From a bacterium (GTDB lineage: Bacteria > UBA8248), in NCBI GenBank assembly GCA_965202625.1, contig CBDBBI010000010.1:448001-512000 (forward strand): a DNA stretch of 64,000 nucleotides, given 5' to 3'. Below the pieces are notes generated by a model. The model was not told where the DNA came from. It worked only from the letters and a program-made list of their open reading frames with translations, and searched no databases. This document shows, piece by piece, positions 10,552-20,896 of this stretch. Position 1 is the stretch's first letter. Each line of letters opens with the position of its first letter. The position numbers and the translations under genes were made by a program.

Positions 10552-11436
10552 TTAATCCTCATCCGGCAACAGCGCAGATTCGCCCATGGAACGCGGATCG
10601 CGCGTGGGCCAGCGACCGGTGTCCACATCGGTGATGAACTCGAGAACGACCCGGTTGAACATGGCGGGTTCTTCAAGATTAATGAGATGCCCCGCGTTTG
10701 GAAACGTGATGAGGGCGGCAGCCTGAATGTGGCGCTTCATAAAAAGCGCAGGCTCCAGACAGGGATAATCCTCATCTCCCGTGAGAATGAGCGTGGGCAC
10801 GACGCAGTGTTTCATCTGCTCCTCAAGTGCATAGACGGAAGGTCTTGCACTCTGTACCCCCCTCATCGTGTTAGCGCAGCCCAGGGCGGAGTGGCTCATG
10901 AAGTGATCGATAAACCTTTGGTAGCCTATCATGTCTTTTCTCTTGAGTTGCATTCGCGTGGGCCCGGCCGTGTAGATGGGGCCGAAATCCGTGATGCCCT
11001 CGTTCAAGAACCGATCGGCCACGAGGTTCGCGTCTTTTTGGAATTGCGCGCGCTTGTCGAGTTCGGAGCCATAGCCGCAACCGGCGACGACGATGGAGCG
11101 GGTGAGTTCCGGATGGCGTAGTCCCAGGTGGAGAGTCGCATACCCGCCCATCGAAAGACCCACGACGTGAGCGGGCGCGAGTTTCAAGCCTCTGATGAGG
11201 CCGGCTAGGTCGTCCACGGCGATATCTTGGCTGTATTGTGACGCGTTTTGCGGGACTTCGGAGGGCGGAAATCCTCTGGCGTTGAAGGTGACGACCTTGT
11301 ATCTGCGATTGAAATATCGCGTCTGATCTTCCCAGCTGCGGTAGTCGCCCGCGAATTCATGAACGAAGACGATAGGCGCGCCCTCGCCGCTGGCTTCGTA
11401 ATAGAGACTGATGCCGTTCGTTTTCACTTCGGGCAT
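10552..11436 (-). CDS. Alpha/beta-fold hydrolase
   Basis: VHEFAGD, GLSMGG nucleophile elbow, GDED, AGHL. Confidence 0.92.
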   Translation of the reverse strand: MPEVKTNGISLYYEASGEGAPIVFVHEFAGDYRSWEDQTRYFNRRYKVVTFNARGFPPSEVPQNASQYSQDIAVDDLAGLIRGLKLAPAHVVGLSMGGYATLHLGLRHPELTRSIVVAGCGYGSELDKRAQFQKDANLVADRFLNEGITDFGPIYTAGPTRMQLKRKDMIGYQRFIDHFMSHSALGCANTMRGVQSARPSVYALEEQMKHCVVPTLILTGDEDYPCLEPALFMKRHIQAAALITFPNAGHLINLEEPAMFNRVVLEFITDVDTGRWPTRDPRSMGESALLPDED

Positions 11437-11752
11437 GACGCTCCCCTCGCAAGATGGTACGGACGCATAATTGATGCTTCTTAATTACGGGACAACGGGA
11501 AAAATGACAACACGGGATAAGGAATTCCCCCTTGTTTCAGGGTTTGCGGTTCCGGAGTTTCAGATTTATCGGGAATCCGTTATTTGGGGGTTGATTTCTG
11601 GTCGCGTCTAGCCCATGATCACGGGACTCATGCAAGTCTTGACTCATCTGAAGACTTCATGAGCTCGCTCGAAAATCCGAACCGCCCTGAAATGATGCTT
11701 TAGGGTGCCCGAGTATAGATATATTCATCATTCGAGGATGGGAGGAACCCCT

Positions 11753-13159
11753 TTGTCTACGGAACGGAAAAAGTCTGGCCTCGCGATTCACAGGAAGGGC
11801 GAACGAAAGCTCCAGTGGGGGACGATACTCGTCATCGGGATAATTCACCTCCTCGCGCTGATGGCGTTTGATCTGGATTATTTCAGTGTCTCCGGCCTCG
11901 TGGTGGGAATTGTGATGTATTTTGTGGCCGGAATGCTGGGTGTGACGATTTGCTATCACCGACTTCTGACGCACAGAAGCTTCAAGACGTATAAGTCGAT
12001 AGAGTATTTCTTGACGTTTTGCGCCTGTCAGGCGCTGCAAAGCGGACCTATCCAGTGGGTAGCGCTGCACCGCATTCACCATAAGGAGTCGGACGAGGAG
12101 CCCGACCCCCATTCTCCGCTCGTGAATTTTTTGTGGGCGCACGCCGGATGGCTTTTCGTCAACCTGCCGGACGCGCACACCTACGACGAGTATTCGCGCT
12201 TCGCAAAGGATTTGGACAGGGACTGGTGGCAACGCTTTTTCGACAGGGGTTTTCTTGCCATTTATTTCTTAACGGCGGGGGCCATCTACCTCGCTGGAGA
12301 ATTGTATGGCGGTCTGGGCATGTCCTGGCTGATCTGGGGCGTATTCGTGCGGACGGTCTTTTTGTGGCACAACACTTGGGCGGTGAATTCAGTGACGCAC
12401 ACCTTTGGCTACCGCAACTATAATACGGATGAGGAAAGCACGAATAACTGGCTCGTCGCGCTGTTCTCCTTCGGCGAGGGGTGGCACAACAACCATCATG
12501 CGGACCAACGCTCGGCAGCTCATGGCCAACGCTGGTTCGAAGTGGACATCACCTATCGGTTCATTAAGACGATGGAAGTCCTAGGGCTGGCTTGGCGGGT
12601 GATGGAGCCGAGCCAGCGCGTCGTGGCGAAAAGGGTCGACATCATGGTGGATCGAGATGCGGAGCGTGCCGCTGACGCCAGAAAGGTCAGGCCATCGGAA
12701 GCCCAGCCCGAGGTGCTTCACACGATGACGGACCCCACAATCCCGCTGGATGTGCCCCAGATGTCCTCGTTGACGGAAGCGAGCGAGGCGGCGGTTCAGT
12801 CGGCTCAAAAAGCGATGGAATCCGTCGACACGGCGCTCGCGCACGTTGCGCACGCGCTTCGTCATAAAAAAGATGAGGCTGACCAGGCGGTTCGTCAAAT
12901 GCTGGAAAAAGGAAAGGATTTGGCGATGGCGGCCGTCGAACAGGCGAAGTACGCCGCGGCGGAAGCTGCTGAATTCTCCGCGCAGGCGAGCGCGTATCTA
13001 ATGGACGCGAAAGACCGAGCGACGGAATCCGCCCATCAGGCAGCCGAGAGGGCGAGGACGCTTGCGCAGGAGGCGAGCGATGCGGCCGCGAGGGCGGCGG
13101 ATGAAATCGCAGTCGCGTTCAAGGGGATCGAGAGACCTATCATCACCTCCAGCATATAG
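11753..13159 (+). CDS. Delta-9-type membrane fatty acid desaturase with long Ala-rich C-terminal extension
   Basis: His boxes HRLLTH, HRIHH, GEGWHNNHH; TTG start after GGAGGA; about 130-aa helical tail. Confidence 0.92.
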   Translation: MSTERKKSGLAIHRKGERKLQWGTILVIGIIHLLALMAFDLDYFSVSGLVVGIVMYFVAGMLGVTICYHRLLTHRSFKTYKSIEYFLTFCACQALQSGPIQWVALHRIHHKESDEEPDPHSPLVNFLWAHAGWLFVNLPDAHTYDEYSRFAKDLDRDWWQRFFDRGFLAIYFLTAGAIYLAGELYGGLGMSWLIWGVFVRTVFLWHNTWAVNSVTHTFGYRNYNTDEESTNNWLVALFSFGEGWHNNHHADQRSAAHGQRWFEVDITYRFIKTMEVLGLAWRVMEPSQRVVAKRVDIMVDRDAERAADARKVRPSEAQPEVLHTMTDPTIPLDVPQMSSLTEASEAAVQSAQKAMESVDTALAHVAHALRHKKDEADQAVRQMLEKGKDLAMAAVEQAKYAAAEAAEFSAQASAYLMDAKDRATESAHQAAERARTLAQEASDAAARAADEIAVAFKGIERPIITSSI

Positions 13160-13169
13160 GCGTGAATTC

Positions 13170-13202
13170 GCAAAAACCGGAGCGTTTTGCTCCGGTTTTT
13201 GC
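13170..13202 (+). terminator. Intrinsic terminator (perfect 14-bp stem)
   Basis: GCAAAAACCGGAGC-gtttt-GCTCCGGTTTTTGC just after the desaturase stop. Confidence 0.8.
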
Positions 13203-13493
13203 ATCTCCTGAGCCGTTGGCGTTGAGGCGCAAATGCGCGGGGAGAAGATCAGACTGCGCTCTCGTGGAGCTTATCTAAACAGCGTCCGAATGGGGGCCGG
13301 CGTTTTGCGGTTCGCTTCTCCATGACTGGAGGAGACCTTGATGCTCTAGGCTTCGACTCCTAGACTATGTTCTTTCTCTTCGAGTGGTTTCTCACGAGAA
13401 GCCGATTTCGATTTAAGAAGCGGGTGGTTTTTCAATCCGTTGAATCTTTTTGATGGCGCAGCGAGGGCTGCGAATTCCGGAGGGCCAAAGGCC

Positions 13494-14531
13494 ATGAGCG
13501 AAATGAATGAGGAACAATTGCTGAAAGACCTGAAAATCTATTACGACTCCGACGCGGACCTGAACCTGCTCCAGGACAGAAAAATCGCCGTCATCGGCTA
13601 CGGAAGCCAGGGACGCGCCCATGCGCTGAACCTTCAGGACAGCGGCGCAGACGTCGTCGTGGGCCTGCGAAGATCATCCCCCCGCTGGAAGCAGGCGGAG
13701 GAGGAGGGCCTTGAGGTGATGGAGACGGCTGATGCGGCCAAGGCGGGCGATTTGGTGGTCATCCTCACGCAAGATCATCTCCAGCCCGCGATTTGGAACG
13801 GGGACATCGCTCCGCACATGAAAGATGGCGATGCCTTAGTGGTCGCCCACGGCTTCAACTTGAATTATGGGCAAATCATCCCTCCGGCCCACATCGACGT
13901 CGTGATGATCGCGCCCAAGAGCCCAGGACATACCATGAGGTTTCAGTATGAGGACGGACGCGGGGTGCCAGGCCTTGTGGCCGTCTTTCAGGATGCGACG
14001 GGAAAGGCGAAGGAGTATGCCCTTGCTTACGGCAAGGCGGTGGGGTGCGCGCGTGCCGGAATCATCGAGACGACCATTGAGGAGGAAACCGAAACTGACC
14101 TCTTCGGCGAGCAGGCCGTGCTCTGCGGCGGCATCACCGAGTTGATTCGCGTCGCGTTCGAGACGCTCGTCGAAGCGGGCTATCAGCCCGCTTTGGCGTA
14201 TTTTGAATGTCTGCATGAGGTGAAGCTGATCACAGACTTGATCTACCAGGGCGGCATCACCATGATGCGTTACTCGGTCTCGGATACCGCTGAATATGGA
14301 GACATTACGCGAGGCAAGATCGTCATTGACGATGCGACGCGGGAGCGGATGAGGGGAATTTTGAAGGACATTCAGACCGGAAAGTTCGCCAGCGAGTGGA
14401 TAAACGAGAACATGGTGAATCGGCCGACGTTCAATACGATCGTTCGCAAGGAGAAAGAACACGCCATTGAGGTGGTGGGGCGGCGTCTGCGCGCGATGAT
14501 GCCTTGGATCGAGGAGCGGGCGGTAAAATAG
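13494..14531 (+). CDS. ilvC: Ketol-acid reductoisomerase
   Basis: [47 protein letters not shown]. Confidence 0.97.
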   Translation: MSEMNEEQLLKDLKIYYDSDADLNLLQDRKIAVIGYGSQGRAHALNLQDSGADVVVGLRRSSPRWKQAEEEGLEVMETADAAKAGDLVVILTQDHLQPAIWNGDIAPHMKDGDALVVAHGFNLNYGQIIPPAHIDVVMIAPKSPGHTMRFQYEDGRGVPGLVAVFQDATGKAKEYALAYGKAVGCARAGIIETTIEEETETDLFGEQAVLCGGITELIRVAFETLVEAGYQPALAYFECLHEVKLITDLIYQGGITMMRYSVSDTAEYGDITRGKIVIDDATRERMRGILKDIQTGKFASEWINENMVNRPTFNTIVRKEKEHAIEVVGRRLRAMMPWIEERAVK

Positions 14532-14706
14532 GAAACAAGGAGGGGTGCTTGCGAGATTCTGGCTGGCGGGGCTTGGGGGATTCCGCCGGTTTTGCTTGGA
14601 AAATGCGGAATCCTCTGGAGATCTATGCTCTCAACGTCGCTTGCAAGAAACGAAAGAGCGTCGTATTCTTGCGTGCCGCTTGTCGTTAGCCGCCGAGAGG
14701 GAACCG

Positions 14707-15183
14707 ATGAGAGTTTGGAAAGTCAAGTTCCTCATCGCAGGCGCGATCATACTAAGCGCATTCGTTTATTTGGCCGTCTCAGGATTTCAGAGCGAGAATC
14801 TCGTTTATTTCCTGACGGTGGATGAAGTGTCTCAAAAAGCGCCGACGCTGGGCGCGCGCGGCATTAGAGTGCAGGGCAAGATCGTGCCCCGCACACTCCT
14901 GAAAAATCCTGACGCCATGCAAATCGCCTTTCGCCTGCAAGGGGAGGAGAGGACCCTTCCGGTACGTTACAGGGGAGTTCCTCCTGATCTGCTCGAAAAC
15001 GGATTTCCCGTCATCGCCGAGGGGAAGCTCAACGCCAAGGGCGTCTTGGTGGCGAGAAACCTGATGGTCGCGTGTCCTTCCAAATTTGAAGAGATGAAAA
15101 AGGCGGGCGGAGACATTCCGGTGGATCACGCGGATTTGATGAAAAAAGTCGCAAAACGTAAGCGAACTCCGGAGGCACGATAA
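14707..15183 (+). CDS. ccmE: Cytochrome c maturation heme chaperone CcmE, Cys-type
   Basis: N-terminal TM, VYFLTVDE, YRGVPPDL, VIAEGKL, ACPSKF heme motif. Confidence 0.9.
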   Translation: MRVWKVKFLIAGAIILSAFVYLAVSGFQSENLVYFLTVDEVSQKAPTLGARGIRVQGKIVPRTLLKNPDAMQIAFRLQGEERTLPVRYRGVPPDLLENGFPVIAEGKLNAKGVLVARNLMVACPSKFEEMKKAGGDIPVDHADLMKKVAKRKRTPEAR

Positions 15184-15256
15184 CCGCAAGCTTACAAAGA
15201 GTGACCCTCGTCTTTTTCTTGCATTTTGAGAATTTGCTCCGCTCCGGAGGTTTTGG

Positions 15257-17221
15257 TTGATCGCCATTCAGTTTGGGCACTACAGTTTGCTGGCGTCCCT
15301 CGTTTTGGCGGCGTTTGGGGTTGGCGCCCCCATCATCGGTGCTCAAAAGCGCAGGAACGACCTCATCCACGCAGGCCGCAACGCTGCCGTCGGCGTTTTT
15401 GTATTGGTGAGCGGAGCCAGCGCGTCCCTCGTCTATTTGCTCATGGCGCGGGACTACCGCGTAGAATACGTGGCGGGACACGTTAACAACACCCTGAACG
15501 GCTTTTATCGTTTTAGCGCGTTTTGGGGAGGACAAGAGGGAAGCCTGTTGCTCTGGCTTTTGCTTTTGTGCATCTATTCGTTTCTCGTCATCCATCAGAA
15601 CCGCGACAGGAATCTGGCGTTGATGCCCTACGTGACGGCCACGTTGATGGCCACGGCGCTGTTTTTTCTGATCATCCTGAATTTCGTTACCCCGCCCTTC
15701 GATACGCTCGCCGCCCCGCCTGCGGATGGAAGCGGATTGAACCCTCTTCTGCAGGACTGGGGGATGGTGATTCATCCGCCCAACCTGTACCTGGGCTATG
15801 TGGGGTTCGCAGTGCCTTTTGCCTTTTGTATCGGTGCCCTAGCGAGCGGCAAGCTCGATACCGACTGGATTACCTCAACGCGACGCTGGACGCTGTTCGC
15901 CTGGTTTTTCAACGGCACGGGTATTCTGCTTGGCGGTGCATGGGCCTACAAAGAACTGGGATGGGGCGGATACTGGGCGTGGGATCCGGTGGAGAACGCA
16001 AGTCTTATGCCCTGGCTCGTGGGAACAGCTTTTCTGCATTCGGTGATGATTCAGGAAAGGCGAGGGATGCTCAAGGTCTGGAACGTCTCTCTCATAATCA
16101 TCACCTACGCCCTCACGATATTCGGTACCTTTCTGACGAGGAGCGGCATCATCTCGAGCGTGCACGCTTTTGCGAATTCATCCTTCGGCTGGACGTTTCT
16201 GGTCTATTTGCTGGTGGCGCTCGTCGTCTCCTTCGGCCTGATGATCTGGCGTTTGCCCAGTCTCAAGAGCGAACACGAGATGGAGAGTTTCTTCTCGCGG
16301 GAGGCGAGCTTTTTGCTCAACAATGTCGTGCTCGTCGGCATGACGTTCGCCATCTTCTGGGGGACGATTTTTCCGGTGGTCTCGGAGGCGGTGAAGGGGG
16401 TGAAGGTCACCGTGGGGCCGCCGTTTTTTAATCAAGTGAACGTGCCGATAGGCCTTTTGCTGATTCTGCTTTGCGGTGTGGGTCCTCTCCTCGCGTGGCG
16501 GAGAACGTCCCCCAAGCAGATGAACAAGAGTTTCGTCTATCCCGCGGCGGTGGGGGCGGGTGCATTGCTCGTTCTGGCACTCTTTGGGGTTCGCCATGTC
16601 TATGCCGCGCTCGCATTCGGCCTTTGCGCTTTTGTGACGGCAACGATTACGCTCGAGTATTATAGGGGAATTTCCGCGCGCGTCCGTCGCCACGGAGAGG
16701 GTATGGGCAGGGGGGCGTGGGAGCTCACCATGCGCAACAAGAGACGTTTCGGGGGCTACATCGTTCATCTAGGGATGGCGATATTGTTCGTCGGAATAGC
16801 GGCGTCCTCCGCCTACCAGCAAGTGGGCGAGGTGCGCCTGCGCCTAGGCGAGAGTTTCGCTCTCAACGGGGTGCGGATGCGTTATGAGGGAATTCGGGAG
16901 AGCGTGACGCCGCAATACCGCTCCGCCTTCGCGCGCCTGGGCGTCTATCGGGCGGGATATCGCATCGGAGAAGTGGAGCCGGAGAAAAGGCTGTATTTCA
17001 CGCCGCCTCAGCCTACGACGGAGCCTGGCATCCGCCGGGGGGCGCGTTCGGACATTTACGCCGTCTTCGCCGAGGCGGACAACGACGGCGCGGCCACTTT
17101 CAAGTTCATCGTCAACCCCTTGGTGAACTGGGTATGGGCGGGAGGAGTAGTTTTCACCCTAGGCGCCATAGTTTGCTTTTTGCCCGAGCGCTGGGGTCGG
17201 CGAAGGAAAAGGGGCGTGTAG
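15257..17221 (+). CDS. ccmF: Heme lyase CcmF
   Basis: WGGQEGSLLLW, GLNPLLQ, HPP, WGGYWAWDPVENAS, SVHAF. Confidence 0.97.
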   Translation: MIAIQFGHYSLLASLVLAAFGVGAPIIGAQKRRNDLIHAGRNAAVGVFVLVSGASASLVYLLMARDYRVEYVAGHVNNTLNGFYRFSAFWGGQEGSLLLWLLLLCIYSFLVIHQNRDRNLALMPYVTATLMATALFFLIILNFVTPPFDTLAAPPADGSGLNPLLQDWGMVIHPPNLYLGYVGFAVPFAFCIGALASGKLDTDWITSTRRWTLFAWFFNGTGILLGGAWAYKELGWGGYWAWDPVENASLMPWLVGTAFLHSVMIQERRGMLKVWNVSLIIITYALTIFGTFLTRSGIISSVHAFANSSFGWTFLVYLLVALVVSFGLMIWRLPSLKSEHEMESFFSREASFLLNNVVLVGMTFAIFWGTIFPVVSEAVKGVKVTVGPPFFNQVNVPIGLLLILLCGVGPLLAWRRTSPKQMNKSFVYPAAVGAGALLVLALFGVRHVYAALAFGLCAFVTATITLEYYRGISARVRRHGEGMGRGAWELTMRNKRRFGGYIVHLGMAILFVGIAASSAYQQVGEVRLRLGESFALNGVRMRYEGIRESVTPQYRSAFARLGVYRAGYRIGEVEPEKRLYFTPPQPTTEPGIRRGARSDIYAVFAEADNDGAATFKFIVNPLVNWVWAGGVVFTLGAIVCFLPERWGRRRKRGV

Positions 17222-17224
17222 CGA

Positions 17225-17815
17225 GTGGAGACCTTGGGCCTCGTCATCGCGATTGGAGCAGTTGGTGCCACTTTTTTTTACTCTATCTGGCCCATCATGC
17301 GTCCCGAGGCCGCCTCGGGCGCACTGCCCGATGAACAGAGCGCGCAGGCGCTTTCGAGCCGAGAGTTAACGCGGATGCTGTTGGATAGGGATCGAGCCTA
17401 CAAAAACATCATGGACATCGAGTTTGACAAGGAGATGGGGAAGCTCTCGGATAAAGATTATGCTCGGATGATGGGGCCCGCACGCGGGCGGGCGACGGAG
17501 GTGCTCAGGCGCCTCGACGCCAGGGGGGTGAAGGAGGGAATGGCGCCTCTTCGACTGAGTGAGCGCGAGGCGGAGCAGGCGGCTTTTCGGTTGAAAGAAA
17601 GACGCCCTCTTTCCGAGGAGAAGGGGTTGGCCGAGAGTTCGCTCAATGAGCGATTGGAGGCGGAAATCTTGCGCTACAGAAAACGCGCGACGGGGCCAGG
17701 GGATTATTCAGTGAGCGGAACAGATGAAAAAAAAACTCGGGTTTGTGCCTCGTGCGCGCATGTCGTGGATGGGGCGGATAATTTTTGCGCCGCTTGTGGG
17801 CGTCCGCTGAATTGA
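17225..17815 (+). CDS. Membrane-anchored ccm-associated protein with C-terminal zinc ribbon (CcmI-like N-terminus)
   Basis: N-terminal TM, DIEFDKEMGKLSDKDY, CASC..FCAACG. Confidence 0.75.
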   Translation: METLGLVIAIGAVGATFFYSIWPIMRPEAASGALPDEQSAQALSSRELTRMLLDRDRAYKNIMDIEFDKEMGKLSDKDYARMMGPARGRATEVLRRLDARGVKEGMAPLRLSEREAEQAAFRLKERRPLSEEKGLAESSLNERLEAEILRYRKRATGPGDYSVSGTDEKKTRVCASCAHVVDGADNFCAACGRPLN

Positions 17816-18714
17816 GGCGCGTCGGGACTATTCGAATCGTTATCGCCCTCTTTTTGTCCCTCCTTGGCCTCTCCTCCAGGGTATCGGACGCGCAATCGAC
17901 GAAAATGGAGGCCACGCCCCCTGGAAGAAGGGCGGGAAACCCTGAGGCCACGACGACGGACCTCTCTCAACTCAAGCTGAGACGCAATATCCTCACCATT
18001 CGGCTGGAGAAGGGTTTTTTCGAGGTAGTAGAGATGATGTCCTTCGAGAACCAGGGAGGCGCCCCTATCGTCTCGAAAGACGGTGCTCCCACCCTGCGGT
18101 TTGTCTTACCCAGAAGCAGCAACGTCAGAAACCCCCGGGCGCGCTGGGGAGCGGCCCCCGTCGGCCTCGATCCCAAACTTCTCACCTTTTCGGGCGATGA
18201 GCTCCGTACGAGCGAGGTCATTCCGGCGGGGAGGAAATTCGTCGTTCTCATCTATCGTCTAGAGGATGAGTTCGGCGGCATCCGGGTCGAGAAGCCGATT
18301 CTTTACGACACGCCGAGTTTCGCCGTCTTGCCCGAGAAGGACCGCGTGCAAGCCTCCGCGCCCGCTCTTTTGGCGCAACCCCCCGTGACGTTTCAAAACA
18401 GGGAATACGACCGTCTCGTGGGCACGGTCAGCGCCGGCTCGGTGATGCGCATCGACATGCAGGCGCCGGATTCAATGGGTGGTCTCTGGGTTCTCTATGT
18501 CGTGGGGAGTCTGGTGGTCGCGGTAGGTCTGGGCCTTGGGCTTTACGTCCGAAAAAAGAGGAATGCGGCCTTCTCCGCCCAAGTGGAGCGCGAGGAGGTA
18601 TTGCGCGCCATTGCCTCCTTAGACGACGGGCTCGCAGAGGGAAATATCTCTTCTGATGAGCACGCCCGAGAGCGCCCGCCGCGCTTCGAGCGTCTGAAAG
18701 AACTGTCCTCCTGA
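17812..18714 (+). CDS. Hypothetical ccm-associated exported/membrane protein
   Basis: Signal-like N-terminus, C-terminal TM then IASLDD..G.IS motif; TTG overlaps the upstream stop. Confidence 0.65.
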   Translation: MRRVGTIRIVIALFLSLLGLSSRVSDAQSTKMEATPPGRRAGNPEATTTDLSQLKLRRNILTIRLEKGFFEVVEMMSFENQGGAPIVSKDGAPTLRFVLPRSSNVRNPRARWGAAPVGLDPKLLTFSGDELRTSEVIPAGRKFVVLIYRLEDEFGGIRVEKPILYDTPSFAVLPEKDRVQASAPALLAQPPVTFQNREYDRLVGTVSAGSVMRIDMQAPDSMGGLWVLYVVGSLVVAVGLGLGLYVRKKRNAAFSAQVEREEVLRAIASLDDGLAEGNISSDEHARERPPRFERLKELSS

Positions 18715-18718
18715 AGGG

Positions 18719-19432
18719 GTGCATCCCATGCTGGAGGCTCGTGGTGTATCCAAGCGGTATGGATGGCGGTGGGCGCTGAAACACCTGAACCTCGCCGTCT
18801 CTGCCGGCGAAACTCTCGCTCTCTTGGGCAAAAACGGATCGGGCAAAACCACGCTTCTGAAAACACTTGCCGGCCTGCTGCGGCCCACCGAGGGGGTGGT
18901 GCGCCTCAGAGGCGAGCCGCTCTCCCGCGAGGCGAAAGCGGGAATCGGCCTCCTCTCGCACGAACCCATGCTCTATGCGGATCTGACGATACGGGAGAAC
19001 CTCGCATACTTCGCCAGACTTTTTGGAATGGCGCGCGCGGAGGCGTCGGAGAGGGTGAGTTGCCTGGCGGAGGCGTTCGGCGTCACGGGTCGCTTGGATG
19101 AGCCGGTGCGCGCCCTTAGTCAGGGTCTCGGTCGGCGCGCGGCGCTTGCGCGAACGCTTTTGCATGAACCCGAAGTCGTTCTGCTTGATGAGCCTTTTTC
19201 GGGGCTGGACCCTGAGGCCGCGCGGCGCCTTGAGGGCTTCGTGCGCGCGGTTTGCGACCTCGGCGGGCGTATAGTGGTGTTCACGACGCACGATGTGTCC
19301 AGGGCCTTCGAGGTGGCGGGCAGGATCGCCGTTTTATCCGGAGGCAAGCTTGTTTGTCAGGCGGAGGCTGGTAATTTGCGGCGAGCGGAGGTGTGTGCCG
19401 CGTTTGACGAAAACTATGTGAGCCTGGAATGA
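18719..19432 (+). CDS. ccmA: Heme exporter ATP-binding protein CcmA
   Basis: GKNGSGKT, LSQG signature variant, LLDEPF; ccm context. Confidence 0.9.
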   Translation: MHPMLEARGVSKRYGWRWALKHLNLAVSAGETLALLGKNGSGKTTLLKTLAGLLRPTEGVVRLRGEPLSREAKAGIGLLSHEPMLYADLTIRENLAYFARLFGMARAEASERVSCLAEAFGVTGRLDEPVRALSQGLGRRAALARTLLHEPEVVLLDEPFSGLDPEAARRLEGFVRAVCDLGGRIVVFTTHDVSRAFEVAGRIAVLSGGKLVCQAEAGNLRRAEVCAAFDENYVSLE

Positions 19433-20118
19433 GGCGTTTTTTCTCCCTCTTCTTCGCAGTGGTGGAGAAGGATTTGCGCCTCGAATGGCGCATGAAGGAG
19501 AGCGTCTTCATCATGGGGGTTTTTGCGCTTTTGGTGCTCACGCTTTTCAGCTTCGCGTTCGGCCCGGGTGGAGAAAGCATCGAGAACACGCGCTCCTTGC
19601 AAGCAGGGATCCTTTGGATAGCGTTTTTGTTCGCCTGCGTCATCGGGCTGTCGCGCACCATGGGCGTGGAGCGTGACAGCGCGGGGTTTTCCGCCATGTA
19701 CGCGAGCCCAGCGGAGCCCTCCGCCTTGTATCTGGGCAAGGTGGCGTCGGTGGCCGTTTTGATGGGGGTCATGGAGTTAGCGGGCTTTTTCGCTTTGGCG
19801 GTTCTTTACCGGGCCGACGTGTGGAAATCCGTCGGTGCGCTCGCGCTTATCGCGGGTGCCGCCACTTTGGGAATCGCGGGCGCGGGTACTTTGTTCTCCA
19901 CCATGAGCGTGCGCACGCGCACGCGCGAGGTCTTGCTGCCCGTTTTGATGTTTCCCTCCCTCGTCCCCGTTCTGATCGCTGCCGTGAAGGCGACCGAAGC
20001 CCATCTCGGCGGCGCAGGGTGGACGGACGCAAAGGATTGGCTTCGGTTGATGCTGGTGTATGATGTGATATTGCTGGTGTCTGCCTCGTTGGTGTTTGAA
20101 TATCTTTTAGAGGAATAA
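19429..20118 (+). CDS. ccmB: Heme exporter permease CcmB
   Basis: KDLRLEWR, GILWIAFLFA, REVLLPVL. Confidence 0.92.
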   Translation: MRRFFSLFFAVVEKDLRLEWRMKESVFIMGVFALLVLTLFSFAFGPGGESIENTRSLQAGILWIAFLFACVIGLSRTMGVERDSAGFSAMYASPAEPSALYLGKVASVAVLMGVMELAGFFALAVLYRADVWKSVGALALIAGAATLGIAGAGTLFSTMSVRTRTREVLLPVLMFPSLVPVLIAAVKATEAHLGGAGWTDAKDWLRLMLVYDVILLVSASLVFEYLLEE

Positions 20119-20200
20119 TATCAATGGATTATGGGTTGACTTCCATGAATACGCTTTCTACGTTGGCGCCGCAAAGCCACGCCTGTGGGAGAAGTGTTTG

Positions 20201-20896
20201 ATGTATCGGGATGAACGTCTCTCCTTGAGGTGGCTTCCGCCTCTTACCTTGTGTCTCCTCGCTTTCGCCGTATTTGCGAATTTGTTCATCGCCGGCACGG
20301 ACAGACTCCAAGGCCCCCCCCAGCGTATTTTTTACGTCCATGTCCCATCGGCTTGGGTGGCGTTTTTTGCCTTTTTCCTGGTGTTCGTCTTCTCGATTCG
20401 ATATCTCGCGACAAGGCGTCCGGAAGATGACGTGAGGGCGCACGCCTGTGCCGAAGCGGGAGTCGTCTTTTGCTCTCTGGTGATCATCAGTGGACCGATA
20501 TGGGCGCGTCCGGTATGGGGCGTATGGTGGACGTGGGACGCGCGGCTTACCACTACGCTCATCCTGTGGATGATGTACGTCGGCTATCTGATGCTGCGCG
20601 CCTACATGGGTGAACCCGGCCGAAGGGCACGCTTCGCCGCAGTTCTGGGGATCATTGGATTTTTGAACGTGCCCATCGTCCACATGTCGGTGGAATGGTG
20701 GCGCACATTGCACCCCAAACCAGTGGTGGTGCGCTCGGGCGGACTGAGCGATTTGCCGGGTTCGATGCACGTCGCGTTGTGGAGCTCCTTGTTGGCTTTT
20801 ATGCTCTTGTTTGCGTGTTTCGTCAGAAAGCGTGTGCAAATCGAGCGTCTGAACATGCGGCTGGAGGAGGCCCGCGCCGCGCGAGAGGAGGCGTGA
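20201..20896 (+). CDS. ccmC: Heme exporter CcmC
   Basis: RIFYVHVPSAW, WARPVWGVWWTWDARLT, WWRTLHP. Confidence 0.95.
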   Translation: MYRDERLSLRWLPPLTLCLLAFAVFANLFIAGTDRLQGPPQRIFYVHVPSAWVAFFAFFLVFVFSIRYLATRRPEDDVRAHACAEAGVVFCSLVIISGPIWARPVWGVWWTWDARLTTTLILWMMYVGYLMLRAYMGEPGRRARFAAVLGIIGFLNVPIVHMSVEWWRTLHPKPVVVRSGGLSDLPGSMHVALWSSLLAFMLLFACFVRKRVQIERLNMRLEEARAAREEA

